Shown here in pieces: positions 38,401 through 50,400 of a stretch of DNA of 64,000 nt. Source of the stretch: Chiloscyllium plagiosum. Lineage: Eukaryota. The notes below the pieces were generated by a model that saw only the letters and a list, made by a program, of their open reading frames with translations, was not told the origin of the DNA and did not search any database. Made by a program: the position numbers and the translations under genes. Position 1 is the stretch's first letter. Each line of letters starts with the position of its first letter. The DNA lies in NCBI RefSeq assembly GCF_004010195.1, contig NC_057713.1, positions 89,049,770-89,113,769 of the forward strand. Direction: 5' to 3'.

Positions 38401-41400
38401 ATTGGTTGGATGGCTTACCTACATTTCACATCCTTCTGATTTCTTTCTGTCCAATAGAGATTTGTATTTCTTGAGCATTTGTCACAATCCAGAATATTTC
38501 AAAACTCTACTGCCACTTAAGAACCATTACAATTTTAGTAGTACTTGTAAAATAATATTCCTTCCAAGTAACGCAGACAAAACATGAGTGAGATGTTAAA
38601 CAGGTATTTCAAGCATCTTTATAAAGTTGAAAGGGTGTTGCTTGTATCCCAGCCCTGGTCCACCAGCATGTCCACAACAGAATCTGAAAACCCCAGGAGC
38701 TTGCAGATGGTCTGCCAACACATTCTTCTAGTTACAGTTCTCTAAAGTTCTGTCTCTACTTTAGACAGACCCTCGCAGCAGTGCAGCACCTGAATTCATG
38801 TCTCCCTTTTTCTATTCAATAAGCAAAAATAACCGTGCTTCCAGCTAACAAATAGGTTGTTGTTTTTAAGAACGAAAAGTCCAGAAAATCGCATAAGATT
38901 CCTCTGCTCTCGCTGGTCTACTCTCAGGCGTGCGCTGCTAGTTTCATGCTGGCTAACCTAGCTTGCGGCAATGTTTTGAACGAAAAGTCGGATCATGTAA
39001 TGTGGAAATCGGATAAATAGTACCCAGTTTTTTTTTTTAACAAAACTCATTTAATTTTTTTGCACTTTTTTTTAGAAAATGAAGAGTGAACTGGATCAGA
39101 AGAAGTACTTAATCATGTCAATGCAGCAAAATATGCAGGAATCCCTTCGGATCAATGATGACATCATGCCATCTTTCTACAAGTGTGACATAGACCTCAC
39201 TAAATACAATGAAAAAGTCACGCAGCTATCTGACCGATGGCAGAGAATTAACAAAGAAATTGACAGCAGGTTGGGTATTGCCGATCTATGAAAGAAAATA
39301 ACTTATTTGATTATATTGTTTTGGCTCCGTTTTGTGACAACATTAACCTGAATGATGAGATTGAAGGTTCAAGTCCAATGTCATCAAGGGTCCTGGAAGA
39401 CTGAATTTTCCAAAAACTATAAGAAGACTATAGAACAATAGATAAAGGGAGAGGTAGCACTGAGGAGGAGGGGAGATTGCAGAAAGATTTAGACAGATTA
39501 GGAGAGTGGGCAAAGAAGGGGCAGATGGAGTACAAGGTAGGACAGTGTGAGGTCATGCACTTTGGTAGGAAGAATAGAGGCATGGACTGTTTTCTAAATG
39601 GGGAGAAAATTCAGAAGTCTGAAGTGCAAGGGATTTGGGAGTTCTAGGCCAGGATTCTTTCAAAGTAAAATTGCAGGTTGAGTCAGTAGTCAAGAAGGCA
39701 AATGCAATGATAGCACTTATTTTGAGAGGACTTGAATATAAAAGCAGGGATGTAGTTCTGTGGCTCTATAAGGCTCCCGTCAGACCACATTTGGAGTATT
39801 GTGAGCAGTTTTGGGCTTCCTATCTTTACGAAGGATGTACTGGTCCTGGAGCGTGTTCAGAGGACGTTCATGAGAATGGTTCCAGGAGTGAAAAGCTTAA
39901 CATATGAGGCACATCTGAGGACTCTGGGTCTGTACTTGATGGAGTTTAGAAGGATAGGGGGAGATCTAATTGAAACTTAAAGAATATTGGATGGCTTGAA
40001 CAGAGTGGATGTTGGGAATATGTTTCAATTGGTAGGAGAGACTAGGATCATGGAGTACAGCCTTGTAATAAAAGGAAGACCTTTTAGAATGGAGATAAGG
40101 AGAAACTTCTTCAGCCAGAGAGTGGTGAATCTATGGCATTCACTGCCACAGAATGCTGTGGAGGCCAGGTTATTGGGTGTATTTAAGACTCAATAGATAG
40201 TTTCTTGATTTGTCAAGAGGGATCAAGGGTTCCTAGGAGAAAGCGGGAGAATGGGGATGAGAAACTTAGCCGTGATTGGATGGTGGAGCAGACTCGATGG
40301 GCTGTGTGGTCTAATTTCTGCTCCTATGTCTTATGGTGTTAAGATCTAGGTTTCAGTTCGAGATTGAGGAGACATTGAGGTATGCAATACACAACAAAGA
40401 TGTATCCCAGAGAGGAAGAAGGATTTTAGGAAGTGGATAAGCCAACCATTGTTAACCATGGTTAAGGAGTTATGGACGTGATCAAATTGAAAGAAAACTC
40501 CTATAATATGGCAACGATTAGTGGTATTTAAGAGGAATGGGACTTTTTTTAAAAACACAACAATCAAAAACATAAAATTCTTAGGGATAGGTAAACATAA
40601 TCTCAGAATAAGGAGTAGTCCATTTAAGACAGAGATGTGGGTGAATTTTCTAACAATGGTGATCCTGTGGATTTCTTTACTGCAGGTGGCTGTCGAAGTT
40701 AAGTGTATTCACAGCTGAAATAGGCAAATTGCTATTCATTAAGGGAATTGAGGATTATGGATAAAAAGCAGCAAAGTGGAGTTAAGGATTATTAATCAGC
40801 CATGATCTCATTTGGTGGGCTGAATGGCCTGCATATACTCCTATATTGTATGTTCAAACAAAAAAGATAACTACTAGATTATGTTTGCACCAAATCTACT
40901 TCATTGTATGTAGAGAGATATACTGTAACAGCACCAAATCCTGCTGGAAAATGTTTCCATGTAGGATTTGTTTCTGTGTGTCAATCTTTTGGGGCTGATA
41001 CATATATTAAAAAAAAGGTAAGAGTTCCTGCTTTAAGGAAAGTCTCCACCTTGGCATCTGGAGCCATAGTGATGAGGCTTTGGGTCACTTTTTTTTTGCA
41101 CACTAATTGTTCAGTATTAGTCTTTGATTGTATGTCCTCTTTTGACTCCTTGACTGACTTGAGGCTCAACCAACCCTAGGCTGTTCTCTTATAATAGAGC
41201 CAGCAGAGAAGGGACCTTGAGATTCAGTGATGTGAAAATATAAGCTCAGTATTTCTTAACAAAGGAATTAAATAATTAAACTCTCATCACTTGCATTCTT
41301 GCTTTGCAGGAAGAAATGCAGGTGAGGGATATGGGTGGACTCCTGAACCTTTCTCAAATTGCATTGACTATAATTATGTTATACTTGAAAAGAGGTTGAG

Positions 41401-44400
41401 AGGGTGTTTAGAACTGTGATCAATCGAAAGTCGAGGTAGCGGTGTCTGAATTTCTTGAAGCCCTCAGAACAGGGATCAAAGTCTTCAAAGTATAATACTC
41501 CCAATTTAAGTATATTGAAGAGGATCAATATTCTGAATTGACTTCAGTGCAATTGTAATTGCACTGGAAATTTGAAATATTGGAATGAACAATGCATAAT
41601 ATATATTCCAAAGCCATGCTCAAGTTAACAAATCTAAATGACCTTTCTCAGACATGCATCTCCTGTAGTTCCTTGCTAGAACCTCAACCTTCCTGAGGTT
41701 GTCATGCAAAACATTCAGAATATAACTTGGTTGCATAATAATTCACAAGAAAACTCATCACGTTAACTAATAGTTAAATCATTTTCTAAAAAAAAAGTAT
41801 TATTATTCTTGTGGAATTAGACTTTCTTTGCTTTCATTATGCAGATACTTGGACCTAGACAAGGAATATAGGCAGCTAAAAGACTATGGAGATTTGTTTC
41901 AGAATCTGAGCAAGTGGATTGATGCAACAAAACAGAAACAGGATGGGTTGCAGGTCAATAGATTTGGGGACACAAATGCAATTGTGGATCAGCTAAATGA
42001 GCAGAAGGTTGGTATGTCATTTAACGTTTTATAGCATTTGCTTTCTTATAAAATGACTGTCCGTTCATTGTATTACTTAACAAACCGATTTTGAAGGGTT
42101 AAATCCAGATAGCCCAATGTAATGAAATTTCCAGATTATATCTTGTACTAAATCACAATGTGGAAACTAATTGTAATCATGGCTGCATATTTCTGCAAAA
42201 TACTAATTACAGTATCGGACATTCAGTATTCCTTTTGCTTTGATGTTTATATTGGAGACTATGAATTATTAAATGATTCATTATACTTATGCAGAGACCT
42301 ACAGATCAGTGTGGGGGGAGGGGGGGTGGGGGCTTTTGAACTTGTATTAGACATGTGATGCAATTTGTCAAACCAATCAATTTGAAGAATCATCTCCAAG
42401 ACATGAAAAGTCCAAGCCAGGAAATCTAAACCATTTTCTGAAAGCAAAATAAAGAAGAAAGGCAGATGAGATTATATATGTGTGAGAGAGAGATAACAGA
42501 CAAAAACAATTTTTAAAATTCTGTAAAGCTGAAAACATTCTTGGTTGGCTTTCAATTTCAGTCTGTTGGTCAGATGCTGTTATGTTGATTCTAATGGAAG
42601 AGCAGCATGGCTGGAGCAGTAAATTTTAATTTTCCAGATTTAATTGCATTGGTGCAAGCTCCAGAAATTTTTGTCTGATGTATTTTAGAAAGACAGTAAA
42701 CATTCATAGCTTCACCATCTCTTTCAATCGAAAATATGGACCATGGATTGTAGACTGGCCCACATTTAAAATACATTCAGGACCTTGGGGATGAACACAC
42801 ATGATTTTGTATTCTCTTTTTCTCTCTCTCTGTCTGTGTCTCTCTCTTTCTCACACCCTCTCTTTCACGCTCTGTCTTGCTCTCACTCTCTCACACACAC
42901 TTAACATTATGTTATCCATTACACACCAGTCTAGTTTTTCATATCCCTCTACACAGCACCAGGAATGAGATAGGAAACTCATTGATATCTTTCCACTTGA
43001 AATCGACAATATGAACATTAATATTTCTCCTTCCACTTGGCTCAATTGTCTGTCAGAGTGCAGCTGAGCTCAAGGCTTTCCAAACACCAAATGCACCCCG
43101 TTACCCTGACTGGCCTATGCCTGCTGATGAGTCCTTTTAGGCCTGAAGCATTAGTAAAGATTATGAGAAAACACAAACCAGGGGGTTTTCGACAAATTGC
43201 ACTTTGTGGCATGTTTGGCATTGTTATATGTCTGACTGTGTGTTATTGAAGTATTGTCAGGCTTTGACACTTAAGACAAATGATAAAAACCTGGTTGAAG
43301 AGGAAGGTTTCAAAGTTCTCAAATAAGAAGGTTTCAGACAGTGCTTGTCATGTGGAGAGGTATAGGAAGGAATTTCTTGACCTTTAGTCAAAAGCCTGTT
43401 TGGAGGACTGAGGATTTTTCGAGAGAGGGACAGAGTTTACATTTTAAATCAAATATATGGTACCCCTCAAATATGCACCAATTCTGAAAATATATTAATT
43501 CAGTTGCCTACTGTTGAATATTATTACCGAAATGGGCTAATTTTATATCGTCTTCCAGTTTGGTGTTAATATTCTTTTATTATTGTTGAATAGAAGTTGT
43601 ATGCTGAAATAAAGGGCAAAAGAGGCAATGTCGAAGCCTACCAAAAACATGCAGACCTATGTGCAACATCAGTGAAGGTAAGAAACTCCAATATGGACTG
43701 AAAAGTATTATTTTTGTATGTGAGAGTGGGATGTCTCATATGCATAATCTTATTTGTGAAACAGGATTATGAGCTGCAATTGGCATCGTACAGTGCTGGT
43801 CTGGAAACACTGCTTAATATTCCCATCAAGAGGCAGCTGGCACAATCAATTTCCAGTAAAATTCTTCATGAGGTGTGTAAACCATTTACTTGTTCACTAT
43901 TTTTGCCTGAAGCTGCAGTATTCTGCAAGCTGCGGTATTCTGCAATCTATCTCCCTAGTTTTAAAGATCAGAAGTTTCTTTAGTTTTTATTAATAATTGA
44001 ATGTTCATACAGCATTCTTTGTTCGCGTTTTGAATGTGAGCACAAATGTCCTTCTTTATTTAAGCCATTAACCATCTGGCTACTCCTACAACCTACAGTA
44101 ATTTTCCAGCTTTATTATTTATTTGTTTTAAGGTGTAAACCTGGTTTTTCAATTTCAGTCTATATCTTAGTGGTATTATTTTAGAGAGAACTACTGGTTA
44201 AAATTCCAACCTCCATCCATCAAGCACCAACTTCCATTGTAGGGAGCAAACAGTAATGTTGAAATTACTACTGAATTTAAACAACATTTAGAGTTTGTTT
44301 GTTTTTCTTCCACTTCAGAAATGAGCACCGGCATTTTGTTTGCTTTATTTTTCGGTATTAAAATTGACCATAAATTGAGAAATTCACCAATAATTTCCAA

Positions 44401-47400
44401 AGATGTCTCCTGACTATAGCCCCTAACTTCAGTCTAAGAGCAGCCAAAATGTGGAGCCTCATAGTGTGAATGGCCTTCAATGGTGTTTCATCAGGATTTG
44501 TACCAAAGTTCTAGTGAAAGATCAGGAAAAGCCCAAAGAAATTCAATCCCACTGTTAGCATTTTCCAAGTTAAGCAGCTTATGTCAGATTTCTTTTCCAC
44601 ATTGCTCTGTTATGCTTCCATATACTTTATTTCTGTATTTGAAAGATACCATGGAATCATTTTCTATCAGCTATATGATGGTCATCAAGTAAGATATTAC
44701 GACTAGTTGTTAAGCATTTGTTTGTAGTTGTTTGTACAGCCTTCATGTTTTCTCAACTAATTCATCATTTAGATCATTAATTTTAAAGGGCGAACACCAA
44801 TTAAACCTATTGGTATTATATGTAAGTTAATATTCACCAATTCCTCATACTTTCTAGTGAGAAATTAATGAGATAAATTTTCTTCTGTATGTGCTTGTGT
44901 TTGGACAAAAAGGATCATCTGGGTGTAGTGCAGAGTTAAGTTCTGAGGTGGAATGTTTGTCCATAGTAGAACCTGTTTGATATTCTATTTACATATTTAA
45001 TAAGGTGTGAACTCAGCAATGACATCATCTCCATTCACATTTCCCAGTGTACTCTTTTTGAGTCCATGCTCAAATGCACATTGATCAGGCTGGCCTTTTG
45101 TGTCATTATTGATTTTCATTCCATTCAGTGAAATTTCCATGTGGCAATTTTCACTCTGGACACAGGTGGCAAACTGGATAATGTACACCAATAGTCTTGC
45201 ATACCTCTTCCAATTTCTAGTTCATTTGTGGAAAGGAAAATCAGACCGGGTGTATCGTATCTGAGTCGAGAGTGTGGTGCTAGAAAAACACAGCAGGCCA
45301 GGCAGCATCCAAGGAGCAGGAGAATCAACGTTTTGGGCACAAGCCCTTCAGCAGGAATCTGTATAGTATCTGTCTGCATGCAAAAGTTGGAAATTGAGTT
45401 CAGAATGGTAAAAATGTGCTGCTTTTCCATTACTTGTGGTAGTTTATGTTACAGATAAATGTCATGTCCACATAAATCAAGATTAGATCATCCAGGCCTG
45501 GTGTAACGATGGGGTGCCAGTGTTACTTGCCACTTAGGTGCCAAGCTATAACCATGTCCAACAAGAGACAATCTAACCATCTCTCTTTGATGTTGAATGG
45601 CTCTGCTATCACTGCATCCCCCATTATCAAAGTTAAAAATCACACAACACCAGGTTATAGTCCAACAACAGCATCTCCAAATCATCCCCCATTATCAGCA
45701 TCCTCATAATTGACCAGGAAACTGAAGAGAAATGTGTGTTTTTTTTTAAAATAAGTACATTCGCTAAAAATAGTAGATCAGAATCTATAAATCCTGCCGC
45801 AAGTAACTCACTTCCTAAATTCCCAAAGCCTCTCCACCATCCACAAGACCCAGGTCAGGAGCGTGATAGAATTCTCTCCAGTTGCCTGGATAAGTTCAAC
45901 TTTAGTAACACTTTGGAAGCTTGACACCATCCAGAACAAAGTTGCCCCTCTTGATTGGCACCACATTCACTTCTACTCTACCTCCAACATACAATGTGTA
46001 CTATCTAAAGATCCACTGCAGTAAATCGCCTTTGACAATAGCATCTACCACCTAGAAGGACAAGGACAGGAACATGGAAACACCACCACATGTGAGTTCC
46101 CTTTCAAATTGTTCAGATCCATTCTTGATGGAACTATATCAGCAATCCTGCACTGCCACGGAGTCATGATTCCTTTCTAGTGGCACTAAGGGTGTACCTA
46201 CCACCCCTTTCTAAATGCCAGCCATTTAAGTCACTCACACATTCTGTGACAAAATAAAGAAAACTATTGATGACTATACATGTATAAACATAATTCTTTA
46301 TTTATTTCATTAGTCCATGTGTTTAATTAAGCTAGCTTATTTTTAATCCTTCAGTTAATTTATTTCACCTTCTTTATGTTTATGTATGGGTGGCACTTTG
46401 GTTGATGTTCTGCAATCGAAGCATGTGGATGTTTGGGGGATATTGTGAGTCAATGTTTCCGTCTTGGGAAACATCATCTCAGAGGTGCAGACAATGCATG
46501 ACATTGGGGAATGAAAGCGCTTTCTGAAAACGATTCCCAGCATTCTAGGGGCATGTTTGGAGCAGAATGAGAGAGGAATATTATTTTTAAAAAGATTTAA
46601 TAGGCCAGTTTGCAGAGATATTCCTGCCTCCAGCACTTCTACTGGAGGTGACTTCTGAGTGGTGGCAGCAACTCATGCATTAGTGATGGGAAGCCAATAA
46701 GTGAATTACTACGGGACACCGGTTCAAGGTGCGAAGGGGAAGTTTAAAAGAGATGTGCAAGGCATGTTTTTGACACAAACAGTTTTGAGTGCCTGCCAAA
46801 GGAGGTGGTGGAAGCAGACACAGTAGCAGCATTCAAGAAACACCTGGATGAATACATGAATAGGAAGGGAATAGAGGGATATAGATCCTGTAAGTAAGGG
46901 TAGTTTTAATATTGAAGGTCAAAATGTGTCAGCGCAGTCTGAAGGGCCAAAGGGATTGTTCCTGTGCTGTTTTGTTCTTTGTTCTTTATTCTTATTATCA
47001 AAGTGATTAGTAGACGGAAAGCTGTGGAATGTTACCTATGGTGCATTGGACTGCATGCAGTGTTTGCAGTTGTGCAGGAAATTGGCACACCATGAGATGC
47101 ATTTGTGGTGATTAGACAAATGTTTTCGATGTTGCTTATCACTTACATCAGTGATTGTGCTGATGAAGCAGTTTCTGATCAAATCAGCAATATGGTGTCC
47201 TTGTCTTGTGTTGCCGTCTCCTTCTCCAATTCCCTCAGCAGCAGACAGCATTCATGTTCGGTTTGCTGGCTGACCTTTAACATGCGTGTTCTGATTGTCT
47301 TTCCAAATCTTCAGGCTGTCTGCTATTCCTAATTAAGGGTCAAATAAGAAGCAGGAGGATGCCATACTAACCTTCAAACCTGCTCCTTGACCAGATTCCT

Positions 47401-50400
47401 TGATTCCCTTTGTGTCCACAAATTCTACCAATCAGCCTTGAGTATACTCTGACTTGAGTATCCATGGCCCATTGAAGTGGAGAAATACAACATACACAAC
47501 TGGGTGAGTCTTTTATCCACTTGAGATGGTCTACTAGGATTTATTGCCCATCTCTAGTTGCCCTTGAGTTAATGGTGAACTGCTGAAGGCAGTGTGCTGT
47601 TGAAAGACCCACAGTGCCAGTGACATTGAAGGAGTTGATGTATATTTTCAAATCAGGATGGTATTTGGCTTGGAGGTGGTGGTCTTCCCGTGTGTTTACT
47701 GCATTTGTCCTTAGAGGTGCAAGTGGTCATGGGTTTGGAAGGTTCTGTCTCAGACGTTTTGGTGAATTACTGCAGTGCATCTTGTAGATGGTACACACAG
47801 CTGCTACTGAGAATTGGTGGAGGAGGATGTGGATATCTGCGGATGTGATGCCAGATAAGAACAGAAGAACTAGGGGCAGGAGTAAGCCATCTGTCCCTTT
47901 TGAGCCTGTTCCGCCATTCAGTAAGATCATGGCTGACCTTTTCATGGCCTCAGCTCCACTTACCCGCCTTCTCACTGTAACCCTTAATTCCTTAATTGTT
48001 CAAAAAAAATCTATCTTAGCTTTAAAAACATCTACTGAAGTAGTATTGGGGCAGGGAATTCCACAGATTCATAACTCTCTGGGTGAAGAAGTTCCTTCTC
48101 AATTTAGTCCTAAATCTGCACCCCTAATCTTGAGGCTATGTCCTAGTTTCACCGACCAGTGGAAATATCCTCTATCTTAACTATTCCCTTCATAATTTTA
48201 TATGTTTCTGTAATATGCCCCATCATTCTTCCAAATATGATCCCAGCCTACTCAGTCTTTCCTCATAAGCCAACCTCCTCAACTCCAGATCAACCTAGTG
48301 CCAGTACATCCTTTCTCAAGTAAGTGGATTGCTTTATGCTAGATGGTGTCAACTTTCTTGAGCAGTGTTAGAGCTGCACTTATCCAGGCAAATGGGAAAT
48401 ATTCCATCACACTCCTGACTTGTGCCTTGTAGATGTTTGACAGGCTTTGGGGAGTCAGGAAGTAAGCTACTTACTCTAGTATTTCTCTACCTCTGACCTC
48501 TTGTAGCTATTCTATTATATGGCAAGTCCAGTTCAGTTTCTGGTCAATGATGACCCCCCAGGATGTTGATTCAGTGATGATAATGCCTTTGAATGTTGGG
48601 TGATTGTTGCTTTGTCTCTTACTGCCAATAGATATTGCCTGGCATTTGTATGGTGTGAATGTTATTGCTTCTTTTCAGCTCAAGCCATGATATTGTGCAG
48701 ATCTTACTGCATTTGGAAATTGACTGCTTCAGTGAAGACGTTTCTGGTTGTTGCAGCCCTTATGTGTTTCCCCTGATCTGGAACCAATACCCATTGTTAT
48801 AAATTCTCTAGGCAGAACACACACAACTTCTATTCTCATGTAATGATACTGAAGAGTGAGATTAGATCACTTCCATCCCGGAGATTAAGAAAATTAAATG
48901 AGAACATTACAGATGCCTTAATTGTAATCATAAGTCATCTTGTTTTAGGAACTGTTCCTTTTAATTTAGAAATTTGTACCCATTCCTCCACTCTTTTAAG
49001 AAGGTTATAGAGCACAGTCAGGGAATTATGGGGCATTTAACCTCTCAGGACTCTATGTTTAAGGACAGGGTGACTAGCCATCTTGAAAACTTTGAACTGA
49101 TCAGAGCATCAGCATTACTTGTATAAAGTAAATCATTTGTGACAGATTAGTGAATTATTTTTGAAGAGGTGACTGAAGTCAAGGACAGGGTAATGTCTGT
49201 GGATATCTTTCGTATGGTGTTCCTGATGGCATTCACAAAAGGCCCTCAGAATCTGATAACTGAAGTGAATAAAATTGTTGGCAAGCTATTGACCCAGTTA
49301 GGAAATTGGCTGAATAGTGTAGAAGACAGAGTAGATGTAATGGGCAGTTTCTCTATTTGGCAGGATATGACCTAAGGCCTGCAGTGGGGTCTCAACTATA
49401 CATTGTATCTATTAATAACTTAAGGTAGATGACCATATATCCAAAGTGACAAAGGTTGGTAGCATAATAAACTGTGTGAATGAATGCATACAATTCCAGA
49501 GGTATTAACACTTTTTAATTGAACAGATAGAACTGTTACAAATGGGTTTCACGGTAGGAAATATGAGCTTATCCATTTTGGAGATAAGATTGGAATAAGG
49601 TACCTTCTAAATGGTGAAAAGCCAGACACCATAGAGGTCTGAACAAACTTTGGGTCTAGGTACAATTATTATTAATGTTTCATGAACAAGTGCAGAAAGT
49701 AATTAAAATAGACCATTGAAATACTTGACTTTATACCTAATGACTAAAGTACAAGAAAGGGGAAGTCTTATTTTACCTCTACTATGCTCTGAATATTGAG
49801 AGCAGTTCTGGACATCACATCTTGGAAGGAATGCAAGTCTTAAGCTAGGTAAAATAAATCTACCTCATTTTTGCTTTATTTTTCTAAGTTTCCTATTGGT
49901 GCATTTCAGTCCCTACCTCCTATGTTTTACTTGTGCATCATCCAGTGGTTGGAATTTGCGATAGCTAGTATGTGCTTCCCAGAACAAGTTTTCTGAGACT
50001 GCATGTCCCTGGTTGACAGTTATTTTCTTCTTCAGAAAGAAAACCTATGAAATGCGATACAAATAGTAGAAAGCTTTCTTTGATGGTGATATAAAGTGAA
50101 GAGAATAATCAAACAAATTGTCATTTAAAATCTGGCACTGAATCTGGCAGTTGCTACAGGTCACTGGATTTAGTAGCAATACTTATGACATTAAGCTAGT
50201 CATCCAAAGTTCATGGTTTGAGATCCTATCTCGCCGGGGTCTGAATTCAATAATCATGATCATATAGTTCCAGAAATAATCCTTAAAGTAGCCACGTTGT
50301 TATAAAATTACTCTTTGTTTTCATTTAGTCTGCAGATCTACAGTCTCGTTACATAGAACTTCTTACGAGATCTGGTGACTATTACAAGTATCTAAGTGAG

